The notes under the pieces: model-generated
Database searches by the model: none
The model's input: only the letters and a program-made list of their open reading frames with translations
What the model was told of the DNA's origin: nothing
Shown: one piece after another, positions 1 to 11,687 of the stretch
How the letters are laid out: the number at the start of each line of letters is the position of its first letter
How positions within the stretch are numbered: the first letter of the stretch is position 1
Source: Selaginella moellendorffii
Taxonomy: Eukaryota > Plantae > Lycopodiophyta
DNA: 64,000 nucleotides
NCBI RefSeq assembly: GCF_000143415.4
Contig: NW_003314289.1
Span: 1,668,293-1,732,292, forward strand
Direction of reading: 5' to 3'
Program-made: the position numbers and the translations under genes

Positions 1-354
1 ATTTTAAATTTATTACCAATAACAAATACTAAGTCAGTTGGCTGATGGTTATACCTTTTATTTTTGGCTGTTTGAGTGTATTGCTTTTAAGCAAACTAGA
101 CTTGCCAAATGTTAATTTCAATATGAGACACAAATCCCTAAGCCCCAAAGTGGAACTAAAAGGTGCCACGTGGTAGTGACCGAAGTAGAAGCCAAATGAG
201 TGTAACACATTTGAACTAAAAACTCCAACTTGAATAGTCGAGAGTGGGAATGGAACTCCTAATGAAATGCTCAAGGAATGAGTACGAAGTAAGAAGTAAG
301 TGAGTTTCTAGAAAAGGGACACAAGAGGACTAACACATGACACATAAAAGTGTC

Positions 355-635
355 AAGATGGAATTTGAAATGGACCTGAGATGGAGTCCAAGATGGACCT
401 AAAATGGAGTCTAAAATGGACTTGAGATGGGGTCTGAGATGGAGTTTGAGAAGGACCCAAGATGGAGTTCAAGATGGACCTAAGATAGAGTTTGAGATGG
501 ACCCGAGATGGAATCTGAGAAAGACCCTAGATGGAGTCTAAGATGGACCTGAGATGGAGTTCGAGGTCAAGACTGAAACCGAGACCGAGACCAAGACCAA
601 AACTGAGACTGAGACCGAGTCCGAGTCTGAGTCCA
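355..635. repeat. Degenerate 12-bp tandem repeat (gagatggagtcc/aagatggaccta-like) grading into a 6-bp gagacc/gagact repeat
   Basis: Many imperfect 'agatgga' units at about 12-bp spacing; explains the low-complexity ORFs 531-749 and 538-753. Confidence 0.85.
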
Positions 636-1964
636 AGGGTGGAAGCCCAAAGCGTTCGTCTCCCAGACCCTGGGGGGTTTGGTGAGATCCAAAAGTATAG
701 TAGGGGGAGGACTCCAGTAGAGCTAGTTGGCTATAAAAGGCTAGTGTGACCAAAAAAAGGTATACTTACGTATTGGGTGATAATATAATTACAAAGTTAG
801 AGTGAATATAGATAAACAAGTGGGGTAGCTTAAAGAATTGGCTTTAACTCCCCTCAAAGATCAAATGGTTAATGCTTCCAATCTAAGTATGGGTGGCACT
901 ACCTACTTAGATACCTAATGTGGCTCATCAGAACCTCTCTTTAGCCATATGGCTAAGGCATCTAAAGGCAAAAGGTGACGAGGCTTGTGTAAAGCCATGG
1001 TTAAATATAAAAGGAAATGGCTTATGAACAAAAGTTTTTTTTTTTCAATTGGTTAAGGGTGTTAAGATACTTAGGGTTAAGTGTTTACCTCTCAAGAAGT
1101 CCAAATTTAGAAACTTACATTTACATATGTATCTTTCCACTACTTTCATAGTATTGGAGCTAATTGACTCCTTGATCTTGGCATGGTGCTTGTTGGTAGG
1201 AGGTAGAGCATAAAGTCAATGGGAGATTGAGAAATTTCAACAACTTATATTAATAATTAAGTCACTATTGCATAATAGTTCTTTACAGGAATTTCTAACA
1301 ATTGGAAAGGATACTTATGGATATTCAAGTGTTTGAGGGAGTCTAGCAATTCATTATGCTTATAGCAAGATTTAAACTTTAGTAATGAACAAAAGTGTGT
1401 GCAAAGAAGGCCAAGACAAAAAACTATGTTTTAGGTAGTTTTTCATATACTTTTCTCGTCATTTCTCCATAGATTAGTTAAATATGATTTATTCTTAGAT
1501 TCAAGTTTGGATGAGTTGTTGGTTATAGTTATGAGTGGAAGTGTTAAAGATAGAAATGATGAGGCATATAGTTATGTCCATGTGGCAGTAACTTTCTTTC
1601 AAAGCTTATATTTACTTTATGATGGTGTTTAATTTTTATTGGTAATGGTTTGTTTCTTTAATTAGTGTTTTTTCCTCTGCCTTACTGTTCTGCTATCATA
1701 AGCATGATTTGATGTTTTCTTATAGACATGAAGCATGATGTTTTTTATGCTAAGGTTAGCAAATAAATAATGGACTATAACATTCCAGGCTCCTTAGAGA
1801 TCACAAGCACCAGGCCGTTTATCTTAAGTTTCTCTTTTTTGCAGGCAGAAAGTTTCTCCAATGTACTTGATCTTCCCTTCTTGGACGAGCTCACCCATCA
1901 ATAAAGCCAATGCTTCAAAATCAAAACACAAAAATTTCTGCTGGTTTTGATCTTGAAACATTGG

Positions 1965-2025
1965 CTTTGTTGATGGGTGAGCTTGTCCAAGAAGGGAAGA
2001 TCAATTACATTGGACTCTCAGAAGG
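1965..2025 (+). pseudogene. Aldo-keto reductase fragment (second copy at about 10855-10915)
   Basis: Translates MGELVQEGKINYIGLSE, matching the plant AKR motif (L)VEEGKIKYIGLSE; no flanking AKR sequence recognised. Confidence 0.55.
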
Positions 2026-2410
2026 GGTGTTGTTCATGGAGATGTTTCAATCAATAACATCTGTGTGTGAGACTGTGCAACAAGATCCCTACTTGAACTT
2101 TGACTTTGCAGTTGCTTGTCAAGTGACTTGTAGTGCAATAGTTTACAATTCAATCTGAAAGTGTTATAGTAAAACAAACTAAGCTATCTTGCAGAAGTGT
2201 CTGACTGCTTCAAAGATGTATGACCCTTTGATTTCCTGTCGAATTGAAGAAAGTTTCTATATACAAGGGAAGCATTTTAAGGATATTAAGTGTAAGTAAC
2301 CAAACGGAACAACTTGAGAGATGATTCATAAAGGTACATATATGTTGAGCAAAATAATAACAGCAAAATCACTTCAATAACTTATATAACATCTCCATTC
2401 TTCGGCAAGA

Positions 2411-2935
2411 CTACATCCTTTTCCATTGCAGCAGCTGGCTGTGAGTTTTCGTTGTCACCGGAAGTTTCAACAGGCTGGAGAGGCTTGAAATAGCGACTCC
2501 TCCAGTGCGCCGGCGTCTGGAGAACTTCTTTGCGTCTTCGTCACAAGCAGAGGCAGAGGGGTCTAGCCGGTCTTCCCCGTCCGTTACCAGCCAGATTACC
2601 TTACCTTTCTGTGAACGCTGATCAAATGCATCCTGTGAAGTCTGTATCACTCAACACCGCCTAGAAGGTGAAGTAAAGGGCATCCCGAATCCATTCCACC
2701 ATGACGATCGCATGCATGTCGAAGAACCAGATACCAGCTGCATCGGCATTTCCTTGATATCGTCTTCCGTTTCATCTTTGTAGTTTATCATGTACAAGAT
2801 ATGCACTGCAAGATTTCTAAAAAGACAGCTTTTCCCTCCGCCTTTGGGTCCTGTCAGCACTTGAACAGCATGAAGTATGATGTCTCGAAACACGCTACGC
2901 TCACAATAAACAAACTCTTGCGGTCTTCGAACCAC
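2411..2935 (-). pseudogene. Decayed P-loop NTPase-like fragment (second copy at about 11150-11600)
   Basis: LTGPKGGGKS (Walker A-like) followed by KVIWLVTD (Walker B-like) across broken ORFs. Confidence 0.4.
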
Positions 2936-2997
2936 AACTCTAAAGGTGTTTTAATGATATTTGTTTCAAAATTGCATGGGCCCTCATTTGGCACAAT

Positions 2998-4551
2998 TCA
3001 GCAGACGCTGACCTGCTTGTAGTGGCTGGGTCTACCGTCTGGATATCTCATCAGTGTCATTTTGTAGCCTTCACGCTTGAGAAGCAACTGTTGACTCAAC
3101 TCGAGTTGCTCACAAGCCATTTCTCCGGCATGCACACTTGAACCTCGGATGACTTTGGAGTGCAGCAGCATGAACTTGCCATCCGCCAGCTCCACCACCG
3201 CGTTGTGCCATGGCGTTGGGATGTGGAAGTTCTTCTCCTCGGAAGAACGCTGGGCTGCCAAAAGAGAGGAATGGATGATGTTGATACCATACTTGGGACC
3301 TCGATTTGGATGCGGATGGATGGAGATGCGCAGCTGCAACGGGAAGAGCCACTCCACCATGGCCGAGTATGCGCGGTTGCGGAGGATCATGAGAAAGGCA
3401 ACCTGGCTGCACAGCTTCTTCTTGGCCGACTTTGACGGGAGATTCTTGCAACTCTTGTGTTCGTACAAGTCCTCGAGCATGAACCTGGAGAAGCCACGAT
3501 AAAGATTGCGTGTCTCGGGGTCATCCTTGATCTCCTTGGTGACAGTTGACTCGTCACAGCCAAACAAGCACATGAGAGCTCGCCTGGCATTCTCTGCATT
3601 GGTGGTGAGCTCGGTAGCAACAGGATGCTCCACGGTGGTGTTGGATATGAGCTTCGCAATGCTGTTCTCGCTGTGGTTGTCCAGCAGAAACTCATCCAGG
3701 CGAAAGAAATTGACCAAGCCCGGATACAAGTTGTGTGCCATCTCCCAAAACATCTCGCCATAAGAATCCACAGCAGCGTCGTCCGAGCCGACGAGATCGG
3801 AGAAGACATGGCCATCCGAGACGACGTTGTAGTGCACGCCCGGAGCATACACGGCCTTGATGAGATCCGCAACAACTTTCATGGAATGGATGGCCAGCTC
3901 CTCGGCCTTGTCGGGGAACTTTCCCAGAGTCTTGTCGGGATTACACGACTTGACTGGAAATGCCGGCAAGATGAACTCGAGTGGGATATTTCTTGCGACG
4001 TGGTACCTCACCTTGTCCGCAAACCTCTGCTTGCCCCCACTTGTGAACCACTGGTCGTGCTTTGGAAAGTGGATGTAATTCCTCTCGATGATGTCCACAA
4101 TTTGGGAGGTGATATCGTCCACCTCTTGAGGTGTGTGCGAGCTGAAGGACTCCAGGAGGCAATCTCTGGTCATGACGCTATTGTCCAGCAGCAGAGAGGC
4201 CAGGTAGCTCATCTCGCTCTCCACTGTGCTCGCGGGATCCTGCATGAAGGCAACGCCCTCGAATCCGTTGCCAATATATCTCTCGTAGACAGTGGCTGTC
4301 CACTCCTGATCATTTGCTGCTCCAAGCATGGAAATCGTGTATCTGTTGATCTCTGGAGCAATAGACCGTGTGGCTTGCTTGGCCGCCTCTAAATCTTCTG
4401 CTGTGCTCGCAACCATGGAGGAAAACATGAAGTCACTACTCTGAGCGGTAGAAACTGGGACATATCTTGACGCAGACTGTGAGACGAATGCAACCTCGCC
4501 ATTCTCCCTGTGAATATACAAGAATGCAATCTTGTCCTTGGGATAAGCCAT
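2998..4551 (-). CDS. Isocyanide (isonitrile) synthase, DIT1/PvcA family, copy 1 (517 aa, intronless)
   Basis: Family motifs in order: LPAFPVKS, PDKAEELA, VSDGHVFSD, LYRGFSRFMLEDL, RNRAYS, LRISIHPH, GPKYGI, HIPTPWHN. Confidence 0.92.
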   Translation of the reverse strand: MAYPKDKIAFLYIHRENGEVAFVSQSASRYVPVSTAQSSDFMFSSMVASTAEDLEAAKQATRSIAPEINRYTISMLGAANDQEWTATVYERYIGNGFEGVAFMQDPASTVESEMSYLASLLLDNSVMTRDCLLESFSSHTPQEVDDITSQIVDIIERNYIHFPKHDQWFTSGGKQRFADKVRYHVARNIPLEFILPAFPVKSCNPDKTLGKFPDKAEELAIHSMKVVADLIKAVYAPGVHYNVVSDGHVFSDLVGSDDAAVDSYGEMFWEMAHNLYPGLVNFFRLDEFLLDNHSENSIAKLISNTTVEHPVATELTTNAENARRALMCLFGCDESTVTKEIKDDPETRNLYRGFSRFMLEDLYEHKSCKNLPSKSAKKKLCSQVAFLMILRNRAYSAMVEWLFPLQLRISIHPHPNRGPKYGINIIHSSLLAAQRSSEEKNFHIPTPWHNAVVELADGKFMLLHSKVIRGSSVHAGEMACEQLELSQQLLLKREGYKMTLMRYPDGRPSHYKQVSVC

Positions 4552-4630
4552 GACTCTGAGTTCGTCACTGAGAATTCAGGTCGAGCTAAATCGTCAAGTG
4601 CCAGTGGTGTGGATCTTAGGAGCCCGAGTC

Positions 4631-4730
4631 TTTTATACGGGAAAACCAAAGGTTCGTCTATCTTTGACTGACGTGATATTTGAAAACGTCTTGTCGAGGG
4701 AAGATTCCCTGTACTGTAAAGTCAAAGTCG
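4631..4730 (-). promoter_or_regulatory. Proximal promoter of ICS copy 1: TATA box, two TTGACT W-box cores and a TGACGTG motif
   Basis: TATAAAA on minus strand at 4631-4637; TTGACT at 4664-4669; AGTCAA at 4720-4725; TGACGTG at 4669-4675. Confidence 0.5.
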
Positions 4731-5494
4731 GCTCCTTCAATGCATGTTTTGTGATAAGCACACTGGATCTTGCGTATAGAGAATTGCAAAATGAATGTTC
4801 TTCGAAGCCAAGATTATTCTTCAAGCTAGAACTAGGTCTCTAGCAAGCGATCACAGTAAAAGCATTACCGTTTTGCTTGTATCATTTTTTGGGAATCATC
4901 CTCTTTCGCTATAAGCACGTGTAAAATAGTTTATGCTTGCCTTAAAAGACCATTAGAATCATGCAAAGTTTTGCAAACACATGGATCCAACGTGCTTATC
5001 GCAAAACCATTTGTTTCGAATAAGCAACAGGGATGTCCTGCGTGGGCCATCCCAATGCAATGGATAATTCAACGTTCATTCAGCCGAGTAAGTTGACCGT
5101 GACCCAGAACAATGGAAAGTTTTGTGTGCTTCAGACTCAAACTTGGTCTCAACCAAATGAGTAAAAGTTGTCAAACGTTAGCATTGACTTCCTAGTGTCC
5201 AAAAAGATTTTATTCTTCTACCATTCGTACCGTATTTTCCTTAGTGTAGGCCCAAGTAGATTCGATATCTCATCCGTAAGCTGTAGGATGTCTTAAGCCC
5301 TCTTGCTTTGCTAATAAATAAACAACTGGGCAACAACACTGTACATTTTGAAACTCTTAGATCTGTCCCCGGTTGGATTTTTCCAATACCAAAAAAAATC
5401 CTAGCATGTAAAAAAATTAAAATACAATAGTAAAATATAATATATCTTCCACTTGTTATCACATTGCCCTAGGGTTTTCTAGTGTTTCTTGGAA

Positions 5495-5650
5495 AATACA
5501 GAGCGAAGGAAGCTTCCACGCAGAGGTACGTGACTTTGTCCATTGGACACGTTTTTCAATTGAAACGCTTGTCAAAGATGGTCGACCCGTCTATATAGCT
5601 CAGCTCTAGGCATCAACAAATCAACGACTACCAGCTCAGTCAACAGCAGC
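5495..5650 (+). promoter_or_regulatory. Proximal promoter of ICS copy 2
   Basis: TATATA at 5592-5597 preceded by cttgtcaaagat; short motif blocks shared with the copy 3 upstream region. Confidence 0.5.
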
Positions 5651-5743
5651 AAGACTGTAACGTTTCTGCTTGCGATCTCATCTCTAAAGTTTCTTGCCAG
5701 AGCTCTGTATTCTCTAATTTACAAGCCTCCACTCCTGATTTCC

Positions 5744-7294
5744 ATGGCTTTTCCAAAGGACAAGATTGCGTTCTTGTATATCCACAAGGAGAATGGCGAG
5801 GTGGCATTCATTTCACAGTCTGCCAGGAGATATGTCCCCCAAGTTGCCACTCAGAAGAGCAGTAGTGACGAATTCATGTTTTCTTCCATGGTTGCGAGTA
5901 CAGCAGAAGATCTAGAGGCAGTCAAGCAAGCCACACGCTCCATTGCTCCAGAGATCAATAGATACACCATTTCCATGCTTGGAGCTGATTCATGCTCTTC
6001 GTGGGAAGCCACCGTCTACGAGAGATACATTGGGAATGGATTCGAGGGCGTGGTTTTCATCCAGGAGGAGGATAGCGAGAACATGAAGTATCTGGCCTCT
6101 CTGCTGCTGGACAACAGCGTCATGACCAGAGATTGCCTTCTGGAGCCCTTCAGCTCGCACACACCTCAAGAGGTGGACGACATCACCTCGCAAGTTGTGG
6201 ACATCATTGAGAAGAATTACATCCACTTCCCAAAGCACGACCAGTGGTTCACCAGCGGGGGCAAGCAGAGGTTCGCAGACAGGGTGAGGTACCACGTCGC
6301 AAGAAATATCCCACTCGAGTTCATCTTGCCGGCATTTCCAGTCAAGTCGTGCAATCCCGACAAGACTCTGGGAAAGAGCCCTGACAAGGCCGAGGAGCTT
6401 GCCATTCATTCCATGAAGATTGTGGCTGATCTCATCAAAGCTGTGTACGCTCCAGGGGTGCACTACAACGTTGTTTCGGATGGCCATGTCTTCTCCGATC
6501 TCGTCGGCTCGGATGATGCTGCTGTGGATTCTTATGGCGAGATGTTTTGGGAGATGGCACACAACTTGTATCCGGGCTTGGTCAATTTCTTTCGCCTGGA
6601 TGAGTTTCTGCTGGACAACCACAGTGAGGACAGCATCGCGAAGCTTATTTCTAACACCGATGTGGACCACCCCGTTGCGACCGAGCTCACCACACATGCA
6701 GAGAATGCCAGGCGAGCTCTCATGTGCTTGTTTGGCTGTGACGAGTCAACAGTCACCAAGGAGATCAAGGAGGACCCGGAGACACGCAATCTTTATCGTG
6801 GCTTCTCCAGGTTCATGCTCGAGGACTTGTACGAACACAAAAGCTGCAAGAATCTCCCGTCAAAGTCGGCAAAGAAAAAGTTGTGCAGCCAAGTTGCCTT
6901 TCTCATGATCCTCCGCAACCGCGCATACTCGGCCATGGTGGAGTGGCTCTTCCCGTTGCAGCTCCGCATCTCTATCCACCCGCATCCAAATCGAGGTCCA
7001 AAATATGGCATCAACATCATCCACTCCTCTCTTGTGGCAGCCCAGCGTTCTTCCGAGGAGAAGAACTTCCACATCCCAACACCATGGCACAATACGGTGG
7101 TGGAGCTGGCGGATGGCAAGTTCATGCTGCTGCACTCCAAAGTCATCCGAGGTTCGAGTATGCATACCGGAGAAATGGCCTGTGAGCAACTCGAGTTGAG
7201 TCAACAATTGCTTCTCAACCGTGAAGGCTACAGAATGACACTGATGAGATATCCAGACGGCAGACCCAGCCACTACAGGCAAGTCAGTGTCTAG
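5744..7294 (+). CDS. Isocyanide synthase, DIT1/PvcA family, copy 2 (516 aa, intronless)
   Basis: Same motif set as copy 1; uninterrupted ORF; oriented head-to-head with copy 1. Confidence 0.92.
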   Translation: MAFPKDKIAFLYIHKENGEVAFISQSARRYVPQVATQKSSSDEFMFSSMVASTAEDLEAVKQATRSIAPEINRYTISMLGADSCSSWEATVYERYIGNGFEGVVFIQEEDSENMKYLASLLLDNSVMTRDCLLEPFSSHTPQEVDDITSQVVDIIEKNYIHFPKHDQWFTSGGKQRFADRVRYHVARNIPLEFILPAFPVKSCNPDKTLGKSPDKAEELAIHSMKIVADLIKAVYAPGVHYNVVSDGHVFSDLVGSDDAAVDSYGEMFWEMAHNLYPGLVNFFRLDEFLLDNHSEDSIAKLISNTDVDHPVATELTTHAENARRALMCLFGCDESTVTKEIKEDPETRNLYRGFSRFMLEDLYEHKSCKNLPSKSAKKKLCSQVAFLMILRNRAYSAMVEWLFPLQLRISIHPHPNRGPKYGINIIHSSLVAAQRSSEEKNFHIPTPWHNTVVELADGKFMLLHSKVIRGSSMHTGEMACEQLELSQQLLLNREGYRMTLMRYPDGRPSHYRQVSV

Positions 7295-7389
7295 AATTGC
7301 TCGGATTATATTCGTTTTAGGTCAAAAATCAAATTTGAAATAAGTGAATACCATATTTTATTTTTCCATGTCTTGAATTAGAGTTCTAG

Positions 7390-9200
7390 ATGGTTTTTCC
7401 AATGGGAAATGGTGCTGTGAGCGACGACACCGCGGCTAAGGTCACAAGACAGGTGGATTGGGGCGAAGCTCTTCGACTGCCAGAAGAAGTGCAGGGCTTT
7501 CTACTTGGAAGGTCAAGTTTCACTTCCTGTAGCTGGCGACTGTCTATCTCAAGATGCCCATTATGCTACTCTTCCAGATTGGTCAGTCGGATTATTCCCA
7601 CCGTGCTCAACTTAAAGAGCAGCTCGAGAAGGCTGAAAGTATAGGCCGCCATTGCGTTATCGTCTCCGGTGCCTATGGATGCGGGTTTTCTGTGTAAGTA
7701 GCTGCAAATACTTCATAATGACTTGCATGAGATAGATTTTATTTCGTTGTCGCTGGTAACGGTGGGTCTTGAGATCTCGAACACTTACTCACCTTGGTGA
7801 AGACCGAAAGCTTTTTGTTTTGTGCTCCATACCTGGAGCTGTCAAGGCACCGAAGGAAAGCCTTGAAGAGTTCGCCTTACCATCGTCCGGGTGCTTATGA
7901 CGTTGCTACTGGCCTGCAGAATGAAGAATTACCTCTACTGCAAGAGCAAGGGGACTATGTCGCGGCAGTGGCTGCCATGCAAAGGTCTAGTACAGGGAGA
8001 GGACGTTCCTCTACTGCCTTTTACGAGGTTTTCAGGAGCGTGGTGATGAAGTTCTGATGTGGGCTCTCAGTTGGAGCCTGTCCTACGCTAACTCGCCTTG
8101 GTACCAATACCAACTATTGCTCTTGAAGGCGATGCTCAACGAGGGCTACAAGTATTGGTCGACGTCAAGGGGTGGCTACGTGCTTCTTGCACACTGCCTG
8201 GAAGATCCCTGCAGAGTGGATGCAAGTCGAAAGCATGTAGTCCTACTCTCAGGCACAGGGTACGTATTGGACTTCGAGCTTATGGCAGATACCGACTTTA
8301 TGAACTTTGGCATCTGGAAGAGCGCCTCAGACATGGTAAGCTATGCTGGACAGGCTATAGAACTAACAGAAGACGAGGAAGCGGACTTGTGGAGCATGGA
8401 TAAAGTCTTTTGAGGAAAGTTTCAGCCACCGGCATCTGTTTTGGAAATCATGATCTTTAAGGACGTGAGCCTGCGCTTATGTCGCTGTGGGGAGTTAAGT
8501 CAGCCAATGAAGATATTCACGTTCTATGATGGGGTTTCCATGTTGGGGGAGACGGAAGGCATTGCCGATGGAGGAAATCTCATTGAGGAACTCAAGACGG
8601 TTGTAGCGCAATACTTCTGTGCTGGAGAGGGCTGCGTTTTCAGGGGCAACAAGGCTGCATTGTCTGAGGCTGGCCTGGGATGGACAGCTGCGTGGTTTAG
8701 TGTTCACCTGTGTAAGTACCTGACTCTTGCTGCACCCAGGAGCTACTTTCAATATCAATACCAGGCAAAGGGATTTTTGCGGAGTTCCTACCTGCAATCA
8801 AAGTGGTTGCGGTTGTCAACTGTTGTGCCTTTCCCGTCTGGCCCGGGTTTGTGCCTGAAGAACTTGGTAGCTCTATCACTCGAGAACATGTGGGTTAAAT
8901 ACGGGGGAAAGATGGAGACATGCCACTTATCAGACCGCTGCTGAAGGCTAACGGCTGCCCTCAAGCGTTTGAAGAGGAAGGGTCGAGTCATGAAAGGCTG
9001 GATGGATGCATTCGTTTGTTTTAATGTCGACGACTTAGAAGTCTTTCTTGCGGATGAAGCAATCTGCACAACATGGATCTCAGGAGAAAACACTACAGTG
9101 CAAGGCATCCGATCTGAAAGGATGTGAGGCATATTTTGGAGCAGTATGAGTTTGTTACAAAGCCACTGGCTCGACTGAGCTTGTGAAGACCGGTTCTGAC
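7390..9200 (+). pseudogene. Fragmented coding-like sequence of unknown family
   Basis: Coding-like GC content with several short consecutive + strand ORFs (7794, 8057, 8441); no recognisable domain. Confidence 0.3.
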
Positions 9201-10137
9201 GTAAGATTTCTACTTAAGGGATTTTAACTTAAACCTATCATACATAAGCACTGATTTTGCTCGTTGCCGATGCTCATGGAAGATTAACTGGGTCATTTTT
9301 TGATTAGCTTGAAAATTAATTCTAGAGACCCTATAAAAGCAAAGTGTTCAAACTATCAAAAGCTTGCCACCAAAAAAAAGAATAGATGGCAAGAAAGACC
9401 AAAGAAAAACAGATTTGTATAAATTGAATTTTGTAAATGCTAGAGTGTATTTCTGCCACCATTATCCATAATGAGATTTGAATCTTAAGCCTAAACTCAA
9501 GACTTATTATACAAAAGATGGACCCATATTATGATTAAATTTCTAAATTAGTTTAAGCTTGGACTAAATTAATTTCTAAAAACACTATAAAAATAGAGTT
9601 TCTAGGAAACACATTCTTCTTTTCCTTTGTCCATTTTCAATACTTTTTATCATGTGTTCTTCTTTTTACAACGATGATAGTTTCAACACTCTCTGATTGA
9701 TGGCTTTTCCTATCAAGCATTGGAGTAATCAAACACAGCTATTTACTTATAATTTTAATTGTCGGTAAAAGTGGATTCTACAAAAATATTAATCAAATAT
9801 CAAAATAATGAAGAAAAAATGAGTTTGTATTAAATAGTCTAAGTACAAAATTATCAAAAACTTAATTTTATAGCTCTAAAAGTAATATAATCCAACCCTC
9901 AAAAACTTAGGTTAATAGTAATCTTAAATGCCCATCATAAATCTTGAGCCCATTACCAAAGGGCTAGGGTTACTTGGTCATATAATCTTGAATAAATATA
10001 AAGAAATGGCAAATATATAACATTAGCAATTGATATGCCAATAAAGTTTTATGGTATATAGTATGAGTTCTATTGCTTCCTCAATTAATTAAAATTTTAG
10101 ATTGCTATACAACTTAGTCAATATTCCACTTCCAACA

Positions 10138-11687
10138 AGATTGAGAAATTTCAACAACCCACATAGGATTACATGCAGGAAATTTAGCAATTGGAAAGGA
10201 TGCTTATAGATATTGAAGTGTCTAAGGGAGTCTAGCAATTCATTATGCTTGTGGCAAGATTTAAACTATAGTAATGAACAAAAGTGTGTGCAAGGAAGGC
10301 TAAGACAAAAAACTAAGTTTTGGGTAGTTTTTCATATGCTTTTCTCATTTTCTCAACTCATAATCTTAGATTAGTTAAACATGATTTAGGCTTAGATTCA
10401 AGATGAGCTGCTGGTTATGGTTATGAGTGGAAGTGTTAAAGGTAGAAATGTGGTAGTAACTTTCTTTCAAAGCTTATATCTTCTTATGATGGTGTTTATT
10501 TTTCTTGCTAATGGTTTGTTTCTTTAATTATCTGCCTTACTGTTCTGCTGTCTCTACAAGGATGTGCATGATTTGATGTTTTCACTCATTTCTGTCTTTC
10601 TTATAGACATGAAGCACGATGTTTTTTATGCTAAGGTTAGCAAACAAATAATGGACAGCAATGACTACAACATTCCAAGCTCCTTAGAGATCACAAGCAC
10701 TAGGCCGTTTATCTTAAGTTTCTCTTTTTTGCAGGCAGAAAGTTTCTCCAATGTACTTGATCTTCCCTTCTTGGGCGAGCTCACCTATCAATAAAGCCAA
10801 TGCTTCAAGATCAAAACACGAAAATTTCTGCCGGTTTTGATCTTGAACCATTGGCTTTGTTGATGGGTGAGCCCGTCCAAGAAGGGGAGATCAATTACAT
10901 TGGACTCTCAGAAGGGGTGTTGTTCCGTGTGTGAGACTGTGCAACAAGATCCCTACTTGAACTTTGACTTTGCAGTTGCTTGTCAAGTGACTTGGAGTGC
11001 AATAGTTTACGATTCAATTTGAAAGTGCTATAGTAAAACAAACTAAGCTATCTTGCAGAAGTGTCTGACTGTTTCAAAGATGTACGACCCTTTGATTTCC
11101 CTGTAACCGTCGGATTGAAGAAAGTTTCTATATATAAGGGAGGAGAGGCTTGAAATAGCAACTCCTCCAGTGCGCTGGAGAACTTCTTTGCGTCTTCGTT
11201 ACAAGCAGAGCCAGAGGGGTCTTCCCCGTCCGTTACCAGCCAGATTACCTTACCTTTCTGTGAACGCTGATCAAATGCATCCTGTGAAGTCCATATCACT
11301 CAACACCTCGTCACTCGCTTAGAAGGCGAAATAAAGGGCATCCCGAATCTGTTCCGCCATGACGATCGCATGCATGTTGAAGATCCAGATACCAGCCGCG
11401 TCAGCATTTCCTTGACGTCGTCTTCCGTTTCATCTTCCTAGTTTATCATGTACAAGATATGCACTGCAAGATTTCTAAGAAGACAGCTTTTCCCTCCGCC
11501 TTTGGGTCCTGTCAGCACTTGAAGAGCATGAAGTATGATGTCTTGAAACACGCTACGCTCACAATAAACAAACTCTTGTGGCCTTCGAACCGCAACTTGA
11601 GAGACCTGGAAATGGCAAAATCATCTTCTCCTCCAAGCCCTAAAAGTGTTTTATTTCAAAATTGCATGGGCCCGCATTTGGCACAAT
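10138..11687. repeat. Segmental duplication, copy B (3' flank of ICS copy 3)
   Basis: Direct repeat of 1224-2997 with small indels. Confidence 0.9.

Larger units (their letters stand above)
1224..2997. repeat. Segmental duplication, copy A (3' flank of ICS copy 1); direct repeat of about 10138-11687
   Basis: Colinear near-identical blocks, e.g. agattgagaaatttcaacaac (1224/10138), gcaggcagaaagtttctccaatgtac (1841/10731), gatcaaatgcatcctgtgaag (2620/11270). Confidence 0.9.

Noticed and set aside
355-635. Regularly spaced short repeats as a CRISPR array or Arg/Pro-rich protein
   Set aside because: Units are contiguous with no unique spacers, there are no cas genes, and the context is eukaryotic; the ORFs are repeat artefacts.
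3096-4392. Overlapping alternative-frame and antisense ORFs conserved across the three ICS copies
   Set aside because: Expected shadows of recent duplicates with high GC3; their lengths vary between copies.
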